Positions 22,350-49,311 of a stretch of DNA of 64,000 nt are shown in pieces (positions within the stretch are counted from its first letter, which is position 1; every line of letters starts with the position of its first letter). The stretch is taken from the NCBI GenBank assembly GCA_002269645.1, contig NIVC01003631.1:1-64000 (forward strand), in the 5' to 3' direction. Below the pieces are notes generated by a model. It had not been told where the DNA came from. It saw only the letters and a program-made list of their open reading frames with translations, and ran no database searches. The position numbers were made by a program, and so were the translations under genes. This DNA comes from Macrostomum lignano (taxonomy: Eukaryota).

Positions 22350-24090
22350 GTCACAACTGATAATTGCACACGTACAGCTTGTCTATGGTTGGCCACAATT
22401 GTCGATTGCACACACTGTCTATGGTTCGTCACAGCTGATGATTGCACACTGTCTATGGTTCGTCACAGCTGATGATTGCACACGTACAGGTTGTCTATGG
22501 TTGGCCACAATTGTCGATTGCACACACTGTCTATGGTTCGTCACAGCTGATGATTGCACACTGTCTATGGTTCGTCACAGCTGATGATTGAACACACTGT
22601 CTATGGTTGGTCACAGCTGATGATTGCACACATTGTCTATGGTTAGTCACAGCTGATGATTGCACACACTGTCTATTGTTGGTCACAGCTGATGATTGCA
22701 AACACTATGGTTGGTCACAGCTGATGATTGCACACACTGTCTATGGTTCGTCACAGCTGATGATTGCACACTGTCTATGGTTCGTCACAGCTGATGATTG
22801 CCTACCAACTGATGATTGCACACACTGTCTATGGTTGGTCACAGCTGATGATTGCAAACACTATGGTTGGTCACAGCTAATGATTGCACACTGTCTATGG
22901 TTCGTCACAGCTGATGATTGCACACTGTCTATGGTTCGTCACAGCTGATGATTGCACACTGTCTATGGTTCGTCACAGCTGATGATTGCCTACCAACTGA
23001 TGATTGCACACACTGTCTATGGTTGGTCACAGCTGATGATTGCACACTGTCTATGGTTCGTCACAGCTGATGATTGCCTACTAACTGATGATTGCACACA
23101 CTGTCTATGGTTCGTCACAGCTGATGATTGCACACGTACAGGTTGTCTATGGTTGGCCACAATTGTCGATTGCACACACTGTCTATGGTTGGCCACAATT
23201 GTCGATTGCACACACTGTCTATGGTTCGTCACAGCTGATGATTGCACACTGTCTATGGTTCGTCACAGCTGATGATTGAACACACTGTCTATGGTTGGTC
23301 ACAGCTGATGATTGCACACATTGTCTATGGTTAGTCACAGCTGATGATTGCACACACTGTCTATTGTTGGTTACAGCTGATGATTTCAAACACTATGGTT
23401 GGTCACAGCTGATGATTGCACACACTGTCTATGGTTCGTCACAGCTGATGATTGCACACTGTCTATGGTTCGTCACAGTTGATGATTGCCTACCAACTGA
23501 TGATTGCACACACTGTCTATGGTTGGTCACAGCTGATGATTGCAAACACTATGGTTGGTCACAGCTGATGATTGCACACACTGTCTATGGTTCGTCACAG
23601 CTGATGATTGCACACACTGTCTATTGTTGGTTACAGCTGATGATTTCAAACACTATGGTTGGTCACAGCTGATGATTGCACACACTGTCTATGGTTCGTC
23701 ACAGCTGATGATTGCACACTGTCTATGGTTCGTCACAGTTGATGATTGCCTACCAACTGATGATTGCACACACTGTCTATGGTTGGTCACAGCTGATGAT
23801 TGCAAACACTATGGTTGGTCACAGCTGATGATTGCACACACTGTCTATGGTTCGTCACAGCTGATGATTGCACACTGTCTATGGTTCGTCACAGTTGATG
23901 ATTGCCTACCAACTGATGATTGCACACACTGTCTATGGTTGGTCACAGCTGATGATTGCACACACTGTCTATGGTTGATCACAGCTGATGATTGCACACA
24001 CTGTCTATGGTTGGTCACAGCTGATGATTGCACACACTGTCTATGGTTGATCACAGCTGATGATTGCACACACTGTCTATGGTTGGCCAC
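22350..24090. repeat. Complex 34/36-bp minisatellite CACACTGTCTATGGTT(C/G)GTCACAGCTGATGATTG with several variant units
   Basis: Direct reading. Confidence 0.95.
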
Positions 24091-24519
24091 AATGTCTATA
24101 GTTTTATTGTCGTTACTGTGAAACACACGCTTTACGTACAAGAGTTCAGTAGTAGCAGACCCTATATCTCTAACCGCGTATATTGTGCGCTACTAATAAA
24201 GTTACTTTTACCCCTACAGTGTGCACCGTGTGTAATGTAATTATGCTAAGAAGCAGACATAAATTTTGTTCCAAACTGCACACAAATTCATTTTTTAATG
24301 AAAATCTTGTTCGAGAAAGCTTTAGGCCGTGAGAAACTCTTATGGAAACTATTTAAATCAGATTGAATGTATCCATTGCAAAGTAAATTTAACGACTTTT
24401 CAACTAAATGCGTTTGCAGCGGCTTTTTCTGCACCGTAATTAAAACTCTGGCTCCAGACTAGTGAAGCCGTGAATCCGGTATTGGCTGCGCTGCTAGTGA
24501 GATGGATGGTGAGAGAATG

Positions 24520-25230
24520 GAGGGGAGTTAAGGGGTGGGAGAGTGAATGGGGGATGGGAGAGTGAATTATGGAATGGGAGAGTGATTGGATGAACGGGAG
24601 AGTGAATGTGAGATGAAAGAGTGAATGGGGAAGTGAATTATGGAATGGGGGAGTGAATGGGGGAATGGGAGAGTGAATTTGAAAATGAGAGAGTGAATGG
24701 GAGAGTGAATTATGGAATGGGAGAGAGAATGGGGGATAAGAGAGTGAATTATGGAATGGGGGAGTGAATGGGGGAATGGGAGAGTGAATTTGAAAATGGG
24801 AGAGTGAATGGGAGAGTGAATTATGGAATGGGAGAGAGAATGGGGGATAAGAGAGTGAATTGTGGAATGGGAGAGTGAATGTGGAAATGGGAGAGTGAAT
24901 GTGGAAATGGGAGAGTGAATGTGGAAATGGGAGAGTGAATGGGGGAATGGGGGAGTGAATGGGGGATAAGAGAGTGAATTGTGGAATGGGAGAGTGAATG
25001 TGGAAATGGGGGAGTGAATGGGGGAATGGGAGAGAGAATGGGGGATAAGAGAGTGAATTGTGGAATGGGAGAGTGAATGTGGAAATGGGAGAGTGAATGT
25101 GGAAATGGGAGAGTGAATGGGGGAATGGGAGAGAGAATGGGGGATAAGAGAGTGAATTGTGGAATGGGAGAGTGAATGTGGAAATGGGAGAGTGAATGTG
25201 GAAATGGGGGAGTGAATGGAGGAATGGCTG
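24520..25230. repeat. Purine-rich degenerate repeat built from GGAATGGGAGAGTGAAT-like units
   Basis: Direct reading; strong G/A strand asymmetry. Confidence 0.9.
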
Positions 25231-25617
25231 AGTGGTGGGGTGGCTCCAAAGGCCAAAGCAAGCATACCAGAAAACACATTCAATCACTGTTAAGTCTCAG
25301 CTTAATGTATCTAATTGCGCTATTAATAATCGCAATAAGCCGTCAAATAATTTCCATACATGGCTTCGAATATCGAACGCAAAATGCAGTTGGTATGCGA
25401 GTCTCCGCCAGACAAAATCGCAATTTAAATGCACCGCACACACGCGCAGCGGTGTGGCGCCTGGGTTTCTATACCTCAGTTTTTTACACTACAAAATTAA
25501 TTTCTGCATTGTTTTTAGCCAAATGCAGCTAATAGAGTAAAGGCTAACAGAATCATTAGGCTTATTTTGGACAGAATTTCGTAGATCTGAGTGCACACCT
25601 GGCCGCCGGTGAGGCTC

Positions 25618-26048
25618 AGATAAGTGTGGACCCGTTGGCCAGTTAAGCAAACACCTCAGATTTGTTTGTCGGTGACTCAGCAATTGACTCTCTTAAGCAA
25701 TGCATGCGGGGCGCAAGCGCCCTATCTTGACCCACTATACACGTAGCTGGGAGGATACAAAAAATGGAATAGCAACTCCTACAGTCAGACGCAGAAACCA
25801 GCTCATGCAGATCTGAGATAAGAGCTTTGGCCGGCTGAGATCCTAGCCATTGAGCATGCACTGGCGCCCGGTGGGTGAGGCAGGCCAATCACTGACCCTT
25901 CTCTCCGCCTTATCTCTGTAGCGGCAGAGCATAGGCTACATGCGCATATTGGCTGTTGCCTCGGCGGCTTCGAGCTTAAATAAGCAGTCGGCTCAAGTTT
26001 TCCTGGGCGGAGTTTCGTCTAACAGTTCCGATTTTCTCTTTATAAAAA
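25618..26048 (+). promoter_or_regulatory. Putative promoter/enhancer of the mesh-like gene: GATA cluster, CCAAT, GC box, TATA
   Basis: AGATAA 25618-25623 and 25816-25821, TTATCT 25910-25915, CTATCT 25722-25727, TGACTCA ~25674, CCAAT ~25885, GGGCGG ~26006, TATAAAAA 26041-26048 about 60 bp before the ATG. Motif match only. Confidence 0.4.
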
Positions 26049-26105
26049 ATCTCTCTTCGGCAAAGAGTTTTTGCAAGTAAAGTTATATTGATAGACAATT
26101 TGAAA

Positions 26106-42308
<16,203 letters not shown>

Positions 42309-42859
42309 GAGCCGCCACATTTTCAACCCATAGCGGACAAGTAATCAGACATAGAAATGTCATCTGTATATCAGCGGTCTTCGGCTCGAATTCTTCACTA
42401 AAGGCACTCGCTTTAAAAAGGAAATTCCGATCTTTTCTACATACTCGTATGTAAAAATGAGACAGCCAGACTTCTATGCTATTGAACGTATAATCAGCTA
42501 ATTTCGCGTGTATAAATATGTATTAAGGCCAAAATGCACTACACACTGCTGCTAGCTTAACAATATCTATAATCCCAATTATATACCTAGCCCAAACTTT
42601 TCGGGTAGAAATAATTAATATAATTGCTTGATTGCAAGCCCTCACTATAAAATTTACGTGCAATACCTGCAGTTTATTATATTACTAATGTTATACCATA
42701 TTGTTACTATTGCTAATAAACGCTGCTTGTAGACGTCATCATTGCTTAAAATAATTATTGACATGCTGTACTTTTACATTCCACTCTGTTTTGGAATAGA
42801 CGGCTCTAGCCATCCCAGTTTTTAGCGACATTGTTAAATACAAGACACTGCTGATTTCT

Positions 42860-44905
42860 CAAGATTATTTGCCGTTATCATAGATTGTTGATTCTCAAGA
42901 TGGTTGGCGACTGTCATTGAGGTTGAGGGCGATTCTTAAGAGGATTATTGGCGATTCTCATAGATTATTAGCGATTGTCATAGACAGATTTATGGCGATT
43001 TAAAAGATTTTGGCGATGCTCATAGATTGTGGGATTCTCAGGTTGTAGGCGATTCTCAAGATTTTTAGTGATTATCAAGAGGATTATTGGCGATTCTCAT
43101 AGAAATTGTTGGCGATTCTCAAGGAGATTTTTTGCGATTCTCATAGAGATTGTAGGCGGTTCTGATTTTTTGCGCTTTTCATAGCGATTGTTGGCGATTT
43201 TACGAGTAATAAGTTGATTCTCAGAGAGATTGTTGGCGATTCTACTCGTAAAAGGCTGTTAGCATTCTCAGAGGTTTTGAGCGATTCTGATTCACTGTTG
43301 ATTCTCATGGAAATTGTTGGCGATTCTGGTACATTGTTGATTCTCAAGGAGATTGTTGGCGATTTCTATAGATTGTTGATTCTCAAAGAGATTGTTGGCA
43401 ATTCCTATAGATTGTTGATTCTCAAGGAAATTGTTGGCGATTCTGGTACACTGTTGATTCTCAAGGAAATTGTTGGCGATTCTGGTACACTGTTGATTCT
43501 CAAGGAAATTGTTGGCGATTCTGGTAGCTCGTACACTGTTGATTCTCAATGAAATTGTTGGCGATTCTGGTACACTGTTGATTCTCAAAGAGATTGTTGG
43601 CGATTCCCATAGATTGTTGATTCTCAAAGAGATAGTTGGCGAATTCCATAGATGGTTGATTCTCAAAGAGATTGTTGGCGATTCCCATAGATTGTTGATT
43701 CTCAAAGAGATAGTTGGCGAATTCCATAGATGGTTGATTCTTAAGGAGATTGTTGGCGATTTCTATAGACTGTTGATTCTCAAGGAAATTGTTGGCGATT
43801 CTGGTACACTGTTGATTCTCAAAGAGATTGTTGGCGATTCCCATAGATTGTTGATTCTCAAAGAGATAGTTGGCGAATTCCATAGATGGTTGATTCGTAA
43901 GGAGATTGTTGGCGATTTCTATAGATTGTTGATTCTCAAGGAGATTGTTGGCAATTCCTATAGATTGTTGATTCTCAAGGAGATTGTTGGCAATTCCTAT
44001 AGATTGTTGATTCTCAAGGAGATTGTTGGCGATTCCTATAGATTGTTGATTCTCAAGGAGATTGTTGGCAATTCATATAGATTGTTGATTCTCAAGGAAA
44101 TTGTTGGCGAATCCCATAGATTGTTGATTCTCAAGGAAATTGTTGGCGATTCCCATAGATTGTTGATTCTTAAGGAGATTGTTGGCGATTCCCATAGATT
44201 GTTGATTCTCAAGGAAATTGTTGGCGAATCCCATAGATTGTTGATTCTCAAGGAAATTGTTGGCGAATCCCATAGATTGTTGATTCTCAAGGAAATTGTT
44301 GGCGAATCCCATAGATTGTTGATTCTCAAGGAAATTGTTGGCGATTCCCATAGATTGTTGATTCTCAAGGAGATTGTTGGCAATTCATATAGATTGTTGA
44401 TTCTCAAGGAAATTGTTGGCGAATCCCATAGATTGTTGATTCTCTAGGAAATTGTTGGCGAATCCCATAGATTGTTGATTCTCAAGGAAATTGTTGGCGA
44501 TTCCCATAGATTGTTGATTCTTAAGGAGATTGTTGGCGATTCCCATAGATTGTTGATTCTCAAGGAAATTGTTGGCGATTCCCATAGATTGTTGATTCTC
44601 AAGGAAATTGTTGGCGATTCCCATAGATTGTTGATTCTCAAGGAAATTGTTGGCGATTCCCATAGATTGTTGATTCTCAAGGAAATTGTTGGCGATTCCC
44701 ATAGATTGTTGATTCTCAAGGAAATTGTTGGCGATTCCCATAGATTGTTGATTCTTAAGGAAATTGTTGGCGATTCCCATAGATTGTTGATTCTTAAGAT
44801 TGTTGGCGAATCCCATAGATTGTTGATTCTCAAGGAGATTGTTGGCGATTCCCATAGATTGTTGATTCTTAAGATTGTTGGCGAATCCCATAGATTGTTG
44901 ATTAA
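42860..44905. repeat. 39-bp intergenic satellite GATTGTTGATTCTCAAGGA(G/A)ATTGTTGGCGATTCCCATA, with a degenerate left edge
   Basis: Direct reading. Confidence 0.95.
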
Positions 44906-45836
44906 TTGTTTGCGATCTCCAAGTGTTTGTTGGCTACAAAAACAGATCAATAAACAGCCCACCCTACGGAGTTCTGCTGCATAATAAAACAAATGAATTA
45001 TGAAGAGAATGCAAATCAAAGAATTTTAATTTACGCGCTTAAATACCGGAGACTGTATAGAAAGGCCAATATTGAATTACTATACGTAGCTGATGGGGTA
45101 GAAAAAACATGTAGCAATATGCAGTTTATTTTTATATTTTACTGTTTGCAGACACAAACAGACTCAGACACAACAGAGATTAGCGTACTCCACTATAAAT
45201 TAACAGCCTATTAAAGTACAGAATAGTAAAACAGTTAGATTAATTAAAACTTTTGTACTCTTATCAGCTGTAGAGCAGGTTATTTAAAAAGACACGATAA
45301 AATTCTTTTTTTAAATTAAGGAATGTGATAGAGTATATATTGGTAAACACGTTTGGAATGCTTCAAACAGATTCTGAGCTCCAAGCCAACTGCTAGTAGA
45401 TGAGATATTACTGACAATAAAGCAGTTGATCCTACTTTAAGTAGCAAAGCAATTCAAATTCCAAATTTTAAAGAAAATTTACACGAGAGACAGCATAAAA
45501 CAAGTACACGAAACATTTCATTCAGGGCAGCTCACGCAATTTCCTTATTACTCATATATAAAAAGTACACGGAGTCATTTATCATTAAGAAACTTTTCTG
45601 ATGTTATCAAAGTTGAAGTCAAATAACAATTATTATATAACATTCGTTACCTGCTACTGACTTCAATAAAAAATTAAAATGTGCTCGGCGACACAGACGG
45701 ATTCAATAATATTAACAATACGCGCATCAGCTACTGCTTACGCTAGCGTCCGTTTAGAGATTTTTTTTGCTAAAATTTGCGAAAACGAGGCAAAAAAATT
45801 GTAAATAAATTTGAAACAGTTCTACTAATGTTATGT

Positions 45837-48800
45837 CTAGATGGAATGCATAGCAGCAGTAACCATGGCAACCAGACAGGCTAGCAGTGCCGGTCGCATA
45901 GTCGGGCTAAGCCTGCCAGCGTGGGCAAACACCTCCAATTGGAAGGTGTTGGTGTACGGATCTTTGCCGAAATCGAATTTCATCGGGCACTGATCGAATA
46001 GCCGCTCGTTGTCAGTCAGCTCGAGCATGAGGCTGGCACTCTCGGATGGATAGGCGCTGGAGCTGGTCTGGTCCGGCATGCACTTAGAGGCCATACTGCG
46101 CGACATCCGGTACGTGCGCAGGCCGGTCCGCCTGTAGATCCAGCAGCGGAAATTGCCAACCACGGGATCGGCCGGGTCAAAGGTTATCATGTAGGACTTG
46201 GCGTCCTCCATCCAGTAGCCGACGCAGGTGAGAATATTGTCGGGCACGTCATACTCGGACAGCGGCCGGCCGATGTGATCCAGCCGCATGCAGCGTTGAA
46301 CGTCCAGACTGAGCTGCTTGTTCTCGCCGATGCAGGCGTGCATGTCGGACTCCCAGTACTGATCGCAGACCACTTGAACTCTGCAGTTGGTTCAAATCGA
46401 ATTTCTAAGATTTCTTCCGGAATTTCCCAGGATCTCAAGGTCACCCACGCTTATTTGGTAGGAATTCCCCCGGATCTCAAGGTCACCCACGCTTATTTGG
46501 TACCCCCTCTCGGGGCCACCCACGCTTATTTGGTAGGGATTCCCCCGGATCTCAAGGTCACCCACGCTTATTTGGTAGGGATTCCCCCGGATCTCAAGGT
46601 CACCCACGCCTATTTCGTAGGGATACCCCAGGATCTCAGGGTCACCTAAACTTATTTGGTAGGGATTCCCCCGGATCTCAAGGTCACCCACGCTTATTTG
46701 GTAGGGATTCCCCCGGATCTCAAGGTCACCCATGCTTATTTGGTAAGGATTCCCCCGGAGCTCAAGGTCACCCACGTTTATTTGGTAGGGATCCCCCCCC
46801 CTAGATCTCAATGTCACCCAAGCTTATTTGGTACCCCCTCTCGGGGTCACCGACGCTTATTTGGTAGGGATACCCCAGGATCTCAGGGTCACCTAAACTT
46901 ATTTGGTAGGGATTTTCCTGGATCTCAAGGTCACCCAAACTTACTTGGTAGGGATTCCCCTGAATCTCAAGGTCACGGAACTTAATTTTTTCGGATTTCT
47001 CAAGCTCAATCTCAAGGTTAACTAAAAAATCAATAAAAAAAATTAGAACTTCATTACTATGGCTGACTACAATAAGAGTTGTCAGGAATGTCCTAGATGA
47101 TCAAGGCCAACCACATGTGTTTGGGACCCAATAAAACTCCCACAAAAGCATTGAAGCCCTCACCGAGGCCGAGGCGTCACTCCGGCAGGAATCTTGGTAA
47201 AATAGAACTCGGACTCCTGGCCAACCATATTGAATTTAAAGCGGCCTTGAATAGGACAGTTAATAGGCACAGGCGGATTGAGTACAAAGTACTCGTAGGT
47301 CCACTCAACCTGGTCCATAGTGAAGGAGAACCAGTCGCAGGCCTCGCGAAATCGCCTACTCATATAATTACTGTCCTCATTGTGATTTGGATCGTGCTTA
47401 ATGGGCTTGGACATGCGAAATCTGATGATGTTGTGGTGGCGAGGCATAAAGTGCATGCAGATGTAGTCCACGTCGCAGCGGCCCTCGGTCACCACGGCCA
47501 TTAAGTAGCGAGACTCCTGAGACTGTGGGAATTCAATTGTTTTCTTGTGTTTTGTAGATGAGCACTGCTACCTCTGCTGTGGCTATACAGTAGCACTGCT
47601 ACCTCTGCTGTGGCTATTCAGTAGCACTGCTACCTCTGCTGTGGCTATTCAGTAGCACTGCTACCTCTGCTGTGGCTATTCAGTAGCACTGCTACCCCTG
47701 CTGTGGCTATTCAGTAGCACTGCTACCTCTGCTGTGGCTATTCAGTAGCACTGCTACCCCTGCTGTGGCTATTCAGTAGCACTGCTACCTCTGCTGTGGC
47801 TATTCAGTAGCACTGCTACCCCTGCTGTGGCTATTCAGTAGCACTGCTACCTCTGCTGTGGCTATTCAGTAGCACTGCTACCCCTGCTGTGGCTATTCAG
47901 TAGCACTGCTACCTCTGCTGTGGCTATTCAGTAGCACTGCTACCCCTGCTGTGGCTATTCAGTAGCACTGCTACCTCTGCTGTGGCTATTCAGTAGCACT
48001 GCTACCTCTGCTGTGGCTATTCAGTAGCACTGCTACCCCTGCTGTGGCTATTCAGTAATCAGTAGCACTGCTACCCCTGCTGTGGCTATTCAGTAGCACT
48101 GCTACCTCTGCTGTGGCTATTCAGTAGCACTGCTACCCCTGCTGTGGCTATTCAGTAGCACTGCTATCCCCTACAGTGGAATAAATAGAAATAAAGTGAG
48201 CAGATGCCAGTCGTACCTGTCTGCAGACAAAGTACACCTCCTCCCACTGGTACTGGTTCAGCTGACGCCGCAACTTGATGGTGGTGGCATTGATGTACAC
48301 ATCCGTCTGGTACTCGGCTGGCTGGAACCAGACGCCGGTGAAATTCTTAGGCAGATTGCAACCCGGCCGCAGCTGGGGCACCTGATCAGTGGAGTCCAGC
48401 GTAGGCCGCAGTATCAGCTTCATCGGGGATTCGTCTGGCGATTTCAAGGTAGAACAGTCGGCATCGACGGTCATGCCCCAGCGGTAAAGTATACTACGCT
48501 CGTTCTGATCCTTCCTAGTAACCAGGCAGCGGTATTTGAACTTAGTATCGGCCTGGTCCATGCCAACCGCGGCGTAAACATTATTATTATTGTCTGTCCA
48601 CATTCCGTAGCAGTAATAGTTCTGCTGGCCTGTGTCCTTGGTAGCCGCCAGGCCGGGGCACTGGCCCCAGTTGAATGTAGCAATGTAGCTGTCTCGCTCC
48701 TGCGAGCCGGCCCTCTGGCAGGCCTTAATCTTATTAGTCAGAGCGTCGCACGGTGTCCTAGAAGAATCCTTGAGCTGATAAGTGAACCAGAACACGCCCT

Positions 48801-49311
48801 CCAGGATGGTTTTACAATTGTAAATCTGGTATTGCTGGGAGAAGCCGACAACTGCAAAGCTATACCGATTATTAGACTCAAAGATGGTGCACCTGGAAGC
48901 GGCATCGCTGGCTGTGGTGGCGTAGACTCCGCTCAGCTGATACTGGATTATATTAATCGATTGCCAATAGAATTTGGCGCAGAAGTAAATCTCCCGGCTC
49001 CCGGATGTTGTGTCATTGCGATAGAGCACCAGCATGTTCCACTTGGACTGCTGTTCGGGCTCTTTCCTATTCCTATCGAGCACGCGGACGCAAGTGGCTT
49101 TGTATGACTGCAGGAAGCCTTGCCTATAGGTCAGAGTGTTGTCAGTGATGAACATGGTTGTGTCTTGGCCGGAATCAATTGAGAATAGCGGCATTATGTA
49201 GCGCCTGTCGTCTCCAGTGAATGGACAGCCGGTACCAGTCTGTGCCAGAGCTGTGCCAGCCAACTGCCAGGCCAGCAGCAGCCCCAGTGCCAATGCTTGA
49301 TGCCAACTCAT
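45837..49311 (-). CDS. Uncharacterised secreted, probably GPI-anchored Cys-rich protein, 665 aa. Exons 49311-48217, 47522-47164, 46380-45837
   Basis: Signal peptide MSWHQALALGLLLAWQLAGTALA. Three exons with GT-AG, phases 0 and 2, total 1998 nt. Repeated Cys/aromatic modules (CYGMW..YRC; CVGYW..FRCWIY; CPIQGRFKF; CNLPKNFTGVW). Hydrophobic C-terminus with no cytoplasmic tail. From recollection it resembles invertebrate DUF7042/DUF7043-type proteins (unverified). Confidence 0.88.
46420..46980. repeat. 42-bp minisatellite GGATCTCAAGGTCACCCACGCTTATTTGGTAGGGATTCCCCC, ~13 copies
   Basis: Direct reading; in intron 46381-47163. Confidence 0.93.
47560..48170. repeat. 31-bp minisatellite AGTAGCACTGCTACC(T/C)CTGCTGTGGCTATTC, ~19 copies
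   Basis: Direct reading; fills intron 47523-48216. Confidence 0.95.

Noticed and set aside
48196-49107. 303-aa plus-strand ORF, and similar ones at 4370-4785, 18130-18971, 35238-35807 and 61133-62769
   Set aside because: Antisense or off-frame shadows of GC-rich real exons or of gag-pol.
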